This document shows, one piece after another, positions 39,457 to 49,089 of a stretch of 64,000 nt of DNA; the stretch's first letter is position 1, and the number at the start of each line of letters is the position of its first letter. Made by a program: the position numbers and the translations under genes. The stretch is taken from positions 148,696 through 212,695 of the forward strand of contig PPGI01000010.1 in assembly GCA_003173855.1 (NCBI GenBank), written 5' to 3'. Under the pieces are notes generated by a model. The model saw only the letters and a program-made list of their open reading frames with translations. It had not been told where the DNA came from and ran no database searches. The DNA is from Candidatus Zambryskiibacteriota bacterium (GTDB lineage Bacteria > Patescibacteriota > Minisyncoccia > Phycocordibacterales > DATDWN01).

Positions 39457-40059
39457 TTAATTTTCTTTATATTCACCAACTTTAACTTTCGGTGGACGTA
39501 TCTCCTTTCCATTTAGTTCATAACCAAGCTTTAAAACCTCCAGTATTTTACCATCGTCTGATGGCTCGTCAACTTTAACGGTTTCTACAGCGTCATCTCT
39601 CCTTGAATCATACATTTCTCCTATCGGATTTATTACTTTGAGCCCGTGAGAGGTCAAAATATTGTTAAGTTGAGAATGAATGTATTCGACGCCAACTCGC
39701 CAATTTTTATCGACTTTTTCCCAAGCCACTTTGTTTTTAAAAGCACTTTCAAAAGAATCAAGTACAGGCAAAAGTTCCGAAATAACATCTGCTTTGGCGA
39801 ATTTAAGAAATTCCCGCTTGTCTTCTTCATCCTTTCTCCGAACATTTATAAATTCTGCCTTATCTCTCTGCCATTTATCCAATAATTCAGTATTTTTCTT
39901 CTCTAAATCCTTAATTCGTGCCTTAAGTTTTTCGATTTTTTGGGTGTAATCTGGAGCTGTTACTTCTGCATTATCTTCAAAGACCATATCGTCTCCTGGA
40001 TCAGTGTCCAATTCATCAGAGCTATCGTATTCTTTGGAATTTTTTTCTTCATCTTTCAT
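39457..40059 (-). CDS. grpE: nucleotide exchange factor GrpE
   Basis: 'AEFIN.RR', 'LLPVLDSF', 'GYELNGKEIRPPKVKV'. Confidence 0.95.
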   Translation of the reverse strand: MKDEEKNSKEYDSSDELDTDPGDDMVFEDNAEVTAPDYTQKIEKLKARIKDLEKKNTELLDKWQRDKAEFINVRRKDEEDKREFLKFAKADVISELLPVLDSFESAFKNKVAWEKVDKNWRVGVEYIHSQLNNILTSHGLKVINPIGEMYDSRRDDAVETVKVDEPSDDGKILEVLKLGYELNGKEIRPPKVKVGEYKEN

Positions 40060-40149
40060 AATGTGGAGTTATTTTAACATTAAATTTATGATGGTCAAAT
40101 TAAGTTGACAAGTAGATTAAAAATGTTACCCTATGTGAGGAGGTGTGTA

Positions 40150-40359
40150 ATGAATTTAAAAGAAGTTGTCATTTTTGTTCTAAGAAAAGGAGTTCCAGTA
40201 GATATTGTATCTGATGGAGATAGAGAAGCACTGGAGTTTGTCTCAAGTATTGAACCATCAAGTGCTTGGGTAAATGCAACACTTATCGATTCTGAAGATG
40301 AAAGTCGAGAGGGTGTACTCAGACTTAAATGGGAGGACATAAAATGTAACCGCTACTAG
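40150..40359 (+). CDS. orphan protein (69 aa), solitary cassette
   Basis: TTGACA(40105)-16-TACCCT, SD GAGGAGGTG, ATG 40150, hairpin 40348-40385 plus T tract. Confidence 0.7.
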   Translation: MNLKEVVIFVLRKGVPVDIVSDGDREALEFVSSIEPSSAWVNATLIDSEDESREGVLRLKWEDIKCNRY

Positions 40360-40407
40360 ATTTTGAAAAATCGCAAGTGGCGGTTTTTCATTTATCTCTT
40401 GCTCCAA

Positions 40408-40506
40408 TTAGGAGTACTCGGAAACCGACGGTTTTCCGACGTTCCCTTCGCTCACTGCCTTCCTGCACAGGAGAGAGCCTTCTCTCCCGACCCCACACTC
40501 ACCTAA
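40408..40506. repeat. GC-rich multi-hairpin intergenic element
   Basis: Outer TTAGG/CCTAA; inner hairpins TCGGAAACCG/CGGTTTTCCGA and GGAGAGA/TCTCTCC. Confidence 0.5.
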
Positions 40507-40512
40507 GTGGTC

Positions 40513-40546
40513 AAAAACAAAAACTCCCTTTCGGGAGTATTTTGTT
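40513..40546 (-). terminator. terminator of the ribosomal protein operon
   Basis: ACTCCC-tttc-GGGAGT with AAAAACAAAA flank (U tract on minus strand). Confidence 0.75.
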
Positions 40547-40958
40547 ATCTTTTTGACCACTTAGGTGCCTTTCTAGCCTTCTTCAAACCGAATTTGCGTC
40601 GTTCTTTTGCTCGTGGGTCTCGTTTTAGATACCCGGCTCGCTTTAGAGTCTTTCTTAACTCCCCTTTGTGTTCTACCAAAGCTCGGGCAATTCCATGTCG
40701 TAGTGCTTCTGATTGTGAGTGAATTCCTCCACCGTAAATTTTTGCAGTGACTTTGAATTTAGAGTCCATGTCATTTAGAGGTTGTATTGCAGTATTTCTC
40801 ATGTCATCAGTTGGAAAATATTTTTCTAGATCTTTTTCGTTAATAACAATATGATTTTTGGTGCTAGGTGAAATTCGAACACGAGCAACTGAAGTTTTCC
40901 TTCGGCCAACGGCTTCAAAATATTTTTCACTATGATGTTTTGTTGCTTCTCTTTCCAT
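40545..40958 (-). CDS. rpsI: 30S ribosomal protein S9
   Basis: 'GRRKTSVARV', 'GGG..SQ..A.RHGIARAL', 'KWSKR'. Confidence 0.98.
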   Translation of the reverse strand: MEREATKHHSEKYFEAVGRRKTSVARVRISPSTKNHIVINEKDLEKYFPTDDMRNTAIQPLNDMDSKFKVTAKIYGGGIHSQSEALRHGIARALVEHKGELRKTLKRAGYLKRDPRAKERRKFGLKKARKAPKWSKR

Positions 40959-40960
40959 AA

Positions 40961-41305
40961 TTATTCGGTAACTTTTAAATTATTCATCATTTTTGCTCGT
41001 AATTTGTTTTTGGGAAGCATTCCCCAAACTGCCTCTCGAAATAGTTCGCTGTAACCCTTTTTAGAAATAACTTCAGACATAGTTGGTTTTCTTAGACCTC
41101 CTGGATAGCCTGAATACCGAGCGTAAGTCTTTTGAGACTTTTTGTTCTCAGTTACCAATGCTTTGCTTGAATTTACAATCTCAACTTGAATATTTGGGAT
41201 TTTATTTCGTGCAAAACTAGTTAAATTCTTGCCCATTAAAAGCACGGCGGCTTCAGTTGCCACTCGCCCAATCTTTTTATTTTGTGCGTCAATTGTGTGC
41301 TTCAT
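40961..41305 (-). CDS. rplM: 50S ribosomal protein L13
   Basis: 'IDA....GRVA', 'YSGYPGGL', 'GMLPKNKL'. Confidence 0.96.
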   Translation of the reverse strand: MKHTIDAQNKKIGRVATEAAVLLMGKNLTSFARNKIPNIQVEIVNSSKALVTENKKSQKTYARYSGYPGGLRKPTMSEVISKKGYSELFREAVWGMLPKNKLRAKMMNNLKVTE

Positions 41306-41307
41306 AT

Positions 41308-41655
41308 CTATACAAATTCAATTACGGCCATAGGTGCCCCATCAGAAAGTCTCTGTGGGAGTTTTGTAATTCTTGTATATCCACCAAGGCGATCTGCATA
41401 CTTTGGAGAAAGATCTTTAAGAATTTTTGTAGCTCCATCTGTACCAATTTTTGAAGATAGCATTCGTCGTGATGCTACTCCGGGATTTCTTCCAAGACTC
41501 ACAAGCTTCTCAACATAAGGTCTGATTTCCTTTGCCTTTGCTTCTGTAGTCATTATTTTTCCATTTTTAACAAGAGATAACGCCAAAGACTTGATGAGAC
41601 CTCGTCTAACCTTTCGAACTCGTCCAAATTTTCTGTTGGCGTTGTGATGTTTCAT
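41308..41655 (-). CDS. rplQ: 50S ribosomal protein L17
   Basis: 'RKFGR', 'TTEAKAKE', 'GGYTRI'. Confidence 0.97.
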   Translation of the reverse strand: MKHHNANRKFGRVRKVRRGLIKSLALSLVKNGKIMTTEAKAKEIRPYVEKLVSLGRNPGVASRRMLSSKIGTDGATKILKDLSPKYADRLGGYTRITKLPQRLSDGAPMAVIEFV

Positions 41656-42602
41656 TATTTTAATGTAATTCCAAATGTTCCTAAAACTTCTTTAATTTCA
41701 TTTAGTCCTTTTGCACCAAGACCTTCAATTTCCAAAATATCCTTTTCTTTCTTTCGAGCAAGGCCGCCGACAGTTCGAATGTTTGCATTTGAAAGTGCGT
41801 TTTGTGTTCTCGCAGAAAGATTAAGTGTTTCGATTCGAGTTTTCAGTGCATCATCATCCATCGGAGTCTTTTGTGACTCTACTGAAGGTGAAGGCATAAT
41901 AATTTCCTCTTCTTTAAATCCAACGATAGCCTTAAGTTGGTTGATCATTGTTTCGATTGATTTCTCAAGGGCTTGTTTTGGGGTAATCGTTCCGTCTGTT
42001 TCAATAAATATTTTTAACCGATTAAAATCTGTTCTGTCTCCAACTCGCATGTTTTCTACTTCATAACTTACGCGTCGAATCGGCGTAAAAATTGCATCAA
42101 GTGTAATTTGGCCAATATCAACTCGATTTTTTTGAATTTCTTCTTTTGGAACAAAACCTAATCCTTTTTGAGAAGTGATCTCCAAATCAAGTTCAGCATT
42201 TTTATCGGTTAAGGTTGCAATAACTAGTTCAGGATTGAGGATTTCAACTCCGCCTGGCAGTTTAATATCTCCTGCAGTTACTTCTTTTGCGCCTTTTGTC
42301 TTAAGTGTAAGAATTTGAGGTTCATCACTAACAATATTTAATCTAATCTTTTTTAGATTTAGTAAAATAGTAATGGCGTCTTCTTTGACGCCAGAAATAA
42401 CAGAAAATTCATGTGGAATGCCGTTAATTTTGACTGCGATCACTGCTGATCCAGGCAAAGACGACAAAATTATTCTTCGAAGTGAGTTTCCAAGTGTATG
42501 GCCATAACCAGGGTACAAGCCATCAATTTCGTACTGTCCGGTAAAGTCAGCTTCCGAGACAATTTTTGGCTTTGAAGGTAATACGATTGTGTAGTCCGAC
42601 AT
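41655..42602 (-). CDS. rpoA: RNA polymerase alpha subunit
   Basis: 'GYGHTLGNSLRRIILSS', 'HEFS', alpha-CTD 'LSARTQNAL'. Confidence 0.98.
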   Translation of the reverse strand: MSDYTIVLPSKPKIVSEADFTGQYEIDGLYPGYGHTLGNSLRRIILSSLPGSAVIAVKINGIPHEFSVISGVKEDAITILLNLKKIRLNIVSDEPQILTLKTKGAKEVTAGDIKLPGGVEILNPELVIATLTDKNAELDLEITSQKGLGFVPKEEIQKNRVDIGQITLDAIFTPIRRVSYEVENMRVGDRTDFNRLKIFIETDGTITPKQALEKSIETMINQLKAIVGFKEEEIIMPSPSVESQKTPMDDDALKTRIETLNLSARTQNALSNANIRTVGGLARKKEKDILEIEGLGAKGLNEIKEVLGTFGITLK

Positions 42603-42674
42603 GTTGCTTTTTAAGTTAATATTTAAAATTAGGCTTGTAAATTCTACATTATTTGGCCATTTTCTGCAAGTGAC

Positions 42675-43280
42675 TTATCTACTGTAAAACTCCACCACTG
42701 TATTTAAATCAAATAAATTCTCAGTTTTAGCTAACTGTGGCGGGCCAACAACTTCTGCTACCTTTTTAGCACTATCAAACTTGACCCAAGCAGGAACTGT
42801 AATGTCCTTTAGACGATCGTCGATATTTGTAAATATTGGTTTCGCTTGGGATCGACCATTTATTGCAATTTTATCCCCCACCTTAAGGTGATGTGCCGGA
42901 GTTGTTACTCGTCGGCCATTAACTGCAATATGACCATGAGAAACCATTTGTCTTGCAGCACCACGAGTTGGAGCGAGGCCAATTCGATAAATTATATTAT
43001 CTAAACGAGATTCTAAAGCCTCATAAATATTTTGAGCAGGACTTCCTGATTTTTTAGCCATTCCAGCTTTTACATAGTTTGCAAATTGCTTTTCCCCAAG
43101 ACCATAAACATATCGAGCTTTTTGTTTTTCATTCATTTGCAAGCCGAATTCTGATTTTGGCTTCATAAAAGTTCGCTTACCCTTTCGCTCCAAATGAAGC
43201 GCATACTTTTGAGTTTGAGTTTTCTCAAAAACTGGAGCTCCAAGTCGTTTTGCGATTTTATATTTTGGTCCTGTTATCAT
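42675..43280 (-). CDS. rpsD: 30S ribosomal protein S4
   Basis: 'GPKYKIAKRLG', 'LESRLDN', 'ARQMVSHGH', 'VEFYSR'; start 43280. Confidence 0.97.
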   Translation of the reverse strand: MITGPKYKIAKRLGAPVFEKTQTQKYALHLERKGKRTFMKPKSEFGLQMNEKQKARYVYGLGEKQFANYVKAGMAKKSGSPAQNIYEALESRLDNIIYRIGLAPTRGAARQMVSHGHIAVNGRRVTTPAHHLKVGDKIAINGRSQAKPIFTNIDDRLKDITVPAWVKFDSAKKVAEVVGPPQLAKTENLFDLNTVVEFYSR

Positions 43281-43287
43281 AAATTTA

Positions 43288-43716
43288 TTATACTCGTCGT
43301 GGTTTCTTTGGTTTTGGTCCGTTGTGAGGTACAGGAGTAACATCTTTAATTGAAGAGATGTTAATTCCCTTTGAGATAAAGCCTCGAATTCCTGACTCTC
43401 GGCCAGAACCTACGCCTTTCACCACAACATAAGCCTCTTTCATGCCCATTGTACTTGCTTTTGAGCCAATGATTTCACCCACCTTAGCAGCAGCAAAAGG
43501 TGTGCCCTTTTTTGCTCCTTTAAAGCCGATAGAACCGCTTGAAGATGTGGCCAAAACATTGCCTTTTGGGTCAGTTAGGACAAGTTTTGTATTGTTGTAT
43601 GTTGATTCAATATAAAGGCCACCTGTATCAACTTTCTTTTTGGAAACAGAAGCAGTCGTCACGACTTTCTTTTCGGACTCTCCACTTGATTCTGTTACAA
43701 TTCTTTTCTTTCCCAT
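43288..43716 (-). CDS. rpsK: 30S ribosomal protein S11
   Basis: 'STYNNT', 'TPFAA', 'DVTPVPHNG'. Confidence 0.98.
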   Translation of the reverse strand: MGKKRIVTESSGESEKKVVTTASVSKKKVDTGGLYIESTYNNTKLVLTDPKGNVLATSSSGSIGFKGAKKGTPFAAAKVGEIIGSKASTMGMKEAYVVVKGVGSGRESGIRGFISKGINISSIKDVTPVPHNGPKPKKPRRV

Positions 43717-43721
43717 ATTAA

Positions 43722-44099
43722 TTATTTCTTTTCGGCTATCTTGCGGCCCGTACCCATAGTTTTCTTAGCACCACGTCTAGTTCGAGCATTTGTTTTTGTT
43801 CTCTGTCCTCGTGATGGAAGGCCACGCTGATGTCGCATTCCTCGATAAGTTTTAATATCTTTTAGTCGCTTAATATTTCCAGCAACTTCACGTTTTAAAT
43901 CTCCCTCAATTTTGAAAGTCTCGATTGCTTTTCTGATTGCATTCTCCTGATCAACAGTAAGCTCTCGAGGCTTTACTCCATAAGAAACTTTGGCCATATC
44001 CAAAATTTTATGAGCTCGTGGTCGACCAACTCCGTAAAGGATGGTCAAGCCAATTTCAATTCTTTTTTCTTCTGGGATTGTAATTCCTGCTACTCGCAT
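43722..44099 (-). CDS. rpsM: 30S ribosomal protein S13
   Basis: 'YGVGR', 'YRGMRH..GLP.RGQRTKTNARTR'. Confidence 0.98.
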   Translation of the reverse strand: MRVAGITIPEEKRIEIGLTILYGVGRPRAHKILDMAKVSYGVKPRELTVDQENAIRKAIETFKIEGDLKREVAGNIKRLKDIKTYRGMRHQRGLPSRGQRTKTNARTRRGAKKTMGTGRKIAEKK

Positions 44100-44111
44100 A
44101 TTAAATATAAT

Positions 44112-44228
44112 TTATCCTTGGCGTTGTTTGTGGCGTGCATTAGCTTTGCATACAACATAAACATAGCCCTTCCTTCGAACGACCTGACAATAGGAACACA
44201 TCTTTTTTACTGAAGATTTTACTTTCAT
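44112..44228 (-). CDS. rpmJ: 50S ribosomal protein L36 (38 aa, zinc-binding type)
   Basis: Read manually: [38 protein letters not shown]. Confidence 0.97.
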   Translation of the reverse strand: MKVKSSVKKMCSYCQVVRRKGYVYVVCKANARHKQRQG

Positions 44229-44236
44229 ATATTCAG

Positions 44237-44458
44237 CTAAACTCGTTTTACGATGCGGCCCTTTCCACCGTATGGATCGACCTCAACCACAACTTTGTCT
44301 CCTATCAAAACTCGTATCTTATGCAATCTCATTTTTCCTGACAAATAAGTGAGCATTTCCTCTCCATTATCATCCCTTTTTACTTTAAAGAAAGTGTTGG
44401 GTAAAGTTTCAATAACTTGTGCTTCGATTGTAGATAGTTTTTTATTCTGATCTTGCAT
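44237..44458 (-). CDS. infA: translation initiation factor IF-1
   Basis: 'ETLPNTFF', 'SGKMR..IRVL.GD.V.VE'. Confidence 0.96.
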   Translation of the reverse strand: MQDQNKKLSTIEAQVIETLPNTFFKVKRDDNGEEMLTYLSGKMRLHKIRVLIGDKVVVEVDPYGGKGRIVKRV

Positions 44459-44534
44459 TAAATTAACACTTACCCAAAAGGGCGTGTAATAAAGGCATAT
44501 TACAAAATATGGCTATATAAGTCAACACATTTTC

Positions 44535-45905
44535 CTAACTAGGGATAGTATTAACAATTGTCACCTTTTTAGGATCATTTGGGATAGTTTGATTCCAGAA
44601 TGGTCGAGTGACAACCCAGGCTTCTTGAATACTTGGGTAGCTGCCGATAACTACTTTGGCATTTTGCTTAGATAGACCTAAAAGATCAGTTTTAAGCTTA
44701 TTTTGATCATAAATCCAGACTATATTTGGCTGACCAGAAAGGTTAAATGTAACTTGAGATGTATTGTTTGAAATACTCGTTGAAGCTGTCTGGTAGCTGA
44801 ATTTAAGATTATCAAGATTAGTAATCTTAACCATACTTGCATCTGTTTGAGGTAAAATTTGAGCGAGTATTGCTTTAGTTAAAAGCGCTCTGTCAAAAAT
44901 AACTGCAGTGGCAACGCCTGATTTTTTAAGGACAGGCCCGGTTTGCGTATTGGCTTCGGTCACGGGATCAAGGTCATAAACAAGACTTTCTTTGTAAAGA
45001 ACAAAGTTTGCGGGAATTTGGGCAGTGATATCACGAGAAAGCGAATCTTTAAGTGAAGCGCTCATTTGTGATTCTGATTGACTCATTACGTCTTTTGAGA
45101 AAACTTTTTGAGTACCGGAAAAACCACCAGTCATTTCTGTTTTTGATCTCGCATAAATTTTTGTATATTTTGGATCGCCCTTTAGCCCTGGAAGAGTGAA
45201 ATCTTTGAGTCCAATGTTGTATTCTTGACCAGCCTTATCAGCAATAACAGAGGCCTCAACTGACCCTGCAACAGTAGTCCCATTTTTAGTTTCCATTCCT
45301 GGAATAATAATTGGATTTATAGCTCGAAAAATCAATCCTTCTGGGGTTTGGAATCTCGTCGTGGCTACCAATTTTTGCGGTTCAGTTGAATAATTATTGT
45401 AAATAACAATTTTTCCGGTAGCTTTTTGGTTTACTATTTGCTCGGAAGTAGCCAAAGTCGGATCGAGATCTTTTTCTACATCTTTGTTCACTGTAACAAC
45501 TTGGAATCCCAAATTTGCTGCAACATCATTTTTTGCAGTAAATATGCTGTTTAAATTTTTCACATCTTGTTTTGGTGTAATAGTAACTTCTGCACTTTTA
45601 AATAATGTAGAAATTCCAAATGCAACAATCATAACTAGAAGGGTACCTGCGATATAAAGCCATTTTTTTGATTTCTTTTTTGGTTCATCGTATTCATATT
45701 TGTACGATGGAATTTCCACTCTAGGTTTAGGTACCTGCACTTGTGGCACTTCTACCTCTTCTTTTTCCTTAATTACTTCCTTTTTTATAGTGATTTTTGT
45801 CCTCTTAGGAGGTTCATCGACGACAGTACGCTTTTTAGACGCAATTTCTATATTTCTTATAGACTTTTTTGGAGGAATAATGTCCTGAACTGGCTCTTTT
45901 TTCAT
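44535..45905 (-). CDS. membrane-anchored baseplate-J-like protein of CPR type
   Basis: Basic N-terminus, TM, 'ATGKIVIYN', 'LVATTRF', 'ADKAG.EYNI', 'MTGG'. Confidence 0.7.
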   Translation of the reverse strand: MKKEPVQDIIPPKKSIRNIEIASKKRTVVDEPPKRTKITIKKEVIKEKEEVEVPQVQVPKPRVEIPSYKYEYDEPKKKSKKWLYIAGTLLVMIVAFGISTLFKSAEVTITPKQDVKNLNSIFTAKNDVAANLGFQVVTVNKDVEKDLDPTLATSEQIVNQKATGKIVIYNNYSTEPQKLVATTRFQTPEGLIFRAINPIIIPGMETKNGTTVAGSVEASVIADKAGQEYNIGLKDFTLPGLKGDPKYTKIYARSKTEMTGGFSGTQKVFSKDVMSQSESQMSASLKDSLSRDITAQIPANFVLYKESLVYDLDPVTEANTQTGPVLKKSGVATAVIFDRALLTKAILAQILPQTDASMVKITNLDNLKFSYQTASTSISNNTSQVTFNLSGQPNIVWIYDQNKLKTDLLGLSKQNAKVVIGSYPSIQEAWVVTRPFWNQTIPNDPKKVTIVNTIPS

Positions 45906-45961
45906 ACTTTTTCCATTTTAACTCACTGTTTGCTCTTTGCCAAGAATTTATTGTTGAGAAA

Positions 45962-47161
45962 CTAGTTGCGCATCATTTTGCTATAAAAAATTGCTAAAAT
46001 TGCGATAAATGAATCAACTACATTTGAAGATGCATTTTTATAAAAAGGTGAAAGCAATTTATTATTTATATTTACAATATCCACATTTTTCCTAAAGTTT
46101 TGAGTCTGGTCATTTTTTGTAAGTTTTAAAAACTTACAGTATAGATCAAGAATATCCTCATCAGCTGTTAAATAAATTCTCCCTGGGAGAAAATAATTGG
46201 GATCAAGTTCACTTAACGCCTGTTCAAGATAAATACTCCATTCTTTTTCTATATCAGAAATAATACTTTGCATTTTTTCAATATGTTCGGGATCAAGTTT
46301 TTCTAGTATGTATAAATGAAGTGTTGATTCAGCCAGCTCATATGTTGTATTTAGCGATTTTGCAATATGTCTCATTGCAAAATTTCTGCCGGAGGGGATT
46401 GTCACAGTTTGCATTATTACTTCATCCCGAACAAGAGTTATATCAGTAACTTCACTAGAAATATCCATGATTAAAAAATCACTGTAATTAATAAATATAT
46501 CGCGAAAAGCAGCAAACTCAATAAACGGAAAGGTATGCATTATGATTTTTTCTTTAGGAATATGCGTGTGTTTTAAAACAACTTGAGAAATAATATCGAG
46601 TGTTCTTTTTTCCAATACTGACATGAATAAATAAGCGTCTAACTGGGTAGCTTTTTTACCAATACTATTTTTTAACGGGTAACCGTTAATTTTTGTATTA
46701 ATGATGCTTGATTCAATAATTTCAAAATCCTCATCCTCATCTAGATTTTTTCTAAGCTCGTTTTCAAATGATGTACTTTCTTTATTGATAATATCTTCTA
46801 AAAAATTCTCGCTAATTACAAAAGGAACCTCTTGAGAAAGATTTAAACACATAGTTTTTGAATAAAACCATGGAGAGGAAAAGGAAAAGACAACGTGGGC
46901 AATTCTCTTTTCTTTATTTTTTAAAAAAGCGCTATTTAATCCTTCTTCAACCAATTTTTTAAAAGTTGAATCAAGATTCTCTAGAAGAATTTTTAAAAGT
47001 TCCTTGACTTGAGATTTTGGAAGAATTGGAAAAACGGATTTTGCCACATAAACAAATGTCGGTAATTCTGATTTAGAAAATACAACAATACTTCCTGTAA
47101 TACTTCCATTTCCAATATCAATAAGAATTGATATTTCTTCTTTTTCCTTCCCAAATAACAT
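45962..47161 (-). CDS. FtsA/PilM-like actin-fold protein
   Basis: 'IDIGNGS' phosphate-1, 'MDISSEVTDI' phosphate-2, 'PSGRNF...IA'. Confidence 0.7.
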   Translation of the reverse strand: MLFGKEKEEISILIDIGNGSITGSIVVFSKSELPTFVYVAKSVFPILPKSQVKELLKILLENLDSTFKKLVEEGLNSAFLKNKEKRIAHVVFSFSSPWFYSKTMCLNLSQEVPFVISENFLEDIINKESTSFENELRKNLDEDEDFEIIESSIINTKINGYPLKNSIGKKATQLDAYLFMSVLEKRTLDIISQVVLKHTHIPKEKIIMHTFPFIEFAAFRDIFINYSDFLIMDISSEVTDITLVRDEVIMQTVTIPSGRNFAMRHIAKSLNTTYELAESTLHLYILEKLDPEHIEKMQSIISDIEKEWSIYLEQALSELDPNYFLPGRIYLTADEDILDLYCKFLKLTKNDQTQNFRKNVDIVNINNKLLSPFYKNASSNVVDSFIAILAIFYSKMMRN

Positions 47162-47165
47162 TTCT

Positions 47166-48479
47166 CTATTCTAACACAGCCTTGAATTTCTTTTCTCCGC
47201 CTTTTCTAGAGAGTTCTTGATGTTTTTTTAATTCATTAAAAAAGCCTTCCTCATCTATAGTACAATTATTTTCAAGTGCCAACTCTTTTATAAGTTCAAA
47301 TGGATAACCGTAGGTTGAGTACAACAAAAATGCCTTTTCTGCTGAAATAGAGCCGCCTTTTCTTAGATTTTGTTCAAGTATTTTTTTACCGGATTGAAGG
47401 GTTTTTAGAAATTTAATTTCTTCTTGATTTATAGTCTCACTTATTTCTGATGCTTTTTTATCTAATTCATAATCTGTTCCTGTGTAAACAGGAATAACAT
47501 AATCAATTAATTCAGACAATTTACTAGTAGAACCAAGTGAATTATAGTAATAAATCGCACGTCTTAATAATCTTCTCAAAATATAGCCTCTACCAGTGTT
47601 CGCCGGTTTAACAGAATCTGCAATCATAAAAGTTGAGGTGCGAATATGATCTGCAACGATCCGCATCCCTTTAATATCTTTTGATTTTGAATTTTCTTTT
47701 ATTTTTTGCATTACTGGATAGAATAAGTCAGTATCAAAAATATTATCTTTACCTTGAATAACCATAACTAATCGTTCTAAACCTGAACCCGTGTCAACAT
47801 TTTTTTGTTCAAGTGTGCCAGTAACTTTTCCATCTTTTTTCAGATACTGCATAAAAACATCATTCCATATTTCAACCACTTTTTGTTCATCATCGGCTTT
47901 TATATATTCCTCTTTTGTTAAATCCCCTAATCCATCCTTTGTAATGTCATAAAACATTTCTGTGTCAGGTCCACAAGGACCATTGTCGCCTACACTCCAC
48001 CAATTCGATTTAGCTCCCATAAAATAAATTCGATTTTCCGGTACAAATTTTTTCCATATCTCAAAGGCTTCAGTATCTTTTAGAGCATTTTCATCACCCT
48101 CAAAAACAGTTACATATAAGCGTTTAGGATCGAGACCAAATCCTTCAGTTTTAGATGTTAGAAGCTCATAACTCCATTTAATAGCTTCTTCTTTAAAATA
48201 ATCTCCGAGAGACCAGTTACCAAGCATTTCAAAAAAAGTATCATGAGTGTTGTCTCCAACTTCCAAAATATCTTGAGTCCGGACACATTTTTGAGAATTA
48301 ACCAATTTCCTCCCATCTGGATGGTTTTTCCCAAGAAGATAAGGGATTAATGGTTGCATTCCGGCAGTCGTAAATAAAACAGAATCTGTTTCGGGTATTA
48401 AAGAAGCTGATGGAATAATCACGTGCCCACGTTTTTTGAAAAATTCTAAAAATTTCTGTCGAACCTCGTTTGAATTCAT
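47166..48479 (-). CDS. alaS: alanine--tRNA ligase, aminoacylation domain only (437 aa)
   Basis: 'LFTTAGMQP', 'HDTFFEMLGNWS.GDYFK', 'EIWNDVFMQ', 'DTGSGLER', 'GYILRRLLRRA'. Confidence 0.95.
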   Translation of the reverse strand: MNSNEVRQKFLEFFKKRGHVIIPSASLIPETDSVLFTTAGMQPLIPYLLGKNHPDGRKLVNSQKCVRTQDILEVGDNTHDTFFEMLGNWSLGDYFKEEAIKWSYELLTSKTEGFGLDPKRLYVTVFEGDENALKDTEAFEIWKKFVPENRIYFMGAKSNWWSVGDNGPCGPDTEMFYDITKDGLGDLTKEEYIKADDEQKVVEIWNDVFMQYLKKDGKVTGTLEQKNVDTGSGLERLVMVIQGKDNIFDTDLFYPVMQKIKENSKSKDIKGMRIVADHIRTSTFMIADSVKPANTGRGYILRRLLRRAIYYYNSLGSTSKLSELIDYVIPVYTGTDYELDKKASEISETINQEEIKFLKTLQSGKKILEQNLRKGGSISAEKAFLLYSTYGYPFELIKELALENNCTIDEEGFFNELKKHQELSRKGGEKKFKAVLE

Positions 48480-49084
48480 TTATATTTTTTTAGAATTTGA
48501 AAATCTTCCATTAACGTTTCTCGATTTGAACTGTTGTAAAGCGCTACAGCTGGATGATAAAACGGGATAATAGTAACTTTGCCATACTTTGTATCAGCTA
48601 CAAACTCTTTGCCGTGAATTTGAGTTATAGATCTAATCATATCCTTAAGGCCAAAATGTTCAAGTATATAGGCCATTGAAAACCGACCAAGTGTTGCAAT
48701 AACTTTCGGTTCAATAATTTCAATTTGGCGATCAAGAAATGGTGAGTAGAGCTTAATTTCTTCTTCTGCTGGATCGCGATTTTCTGGCGGGCGATCCTTA
48801 ACTACATTTGTAATGTATACATTACTGCGATTTAGATTAATTGACGCGAGCATTTCATCCAAAAGTTTTCCTGATCTGCCGCAGAATGGCCGTGCTGTTT
48901 CCGCTTCCGATTTTCCCGGAGCTTCCCCGATAAACATTATTTTTGCAGCGTGACTTCCCTCTCCAACAACAGGAAAATACTTATTTTTTCGTCTATATTC
49001 GTAAAGCGGTGACTCTTTAAAATTGACTAATTCGTCACGAATTTGCTTCATTTGATTGAATTTATGATCCGGAGCAAAAGACAT
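48476..49084 (-). CDS. uracil-DNA glycosylase family 4
   Basis: 'FIGEAPG..E', 'ITNVVKDRPPENRDP', 'YHPA'; probable start 49084. Confidence 0.92.
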   Translation of the reverse strand: MSFAPDHKFNQMKQIRDELVNFKESPLYEYRRKNKYFPVVGEGSHAAKIMFIGEAPGKSEAETARPFCGRSGKLLDEMLASINLNRSNVYITNVVKDRPPENRDPAEEEIKLYSPFLDRQIEIIEPKVIATLGRFSMAYILEHFGLKDMIRSITQIHGKEFVADTKYGKVTIIPFYHPAVALYNSSNRETLMEDFQILKKYK

Positions 49085-49089
49085 GCGAG

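Noticed and set aside
44535-45905. Prophage suggested by the baseplate-J-like gene
   Set aside because: No capsid, terminase, tail or integrase genes; flanked by housekeeping genes.
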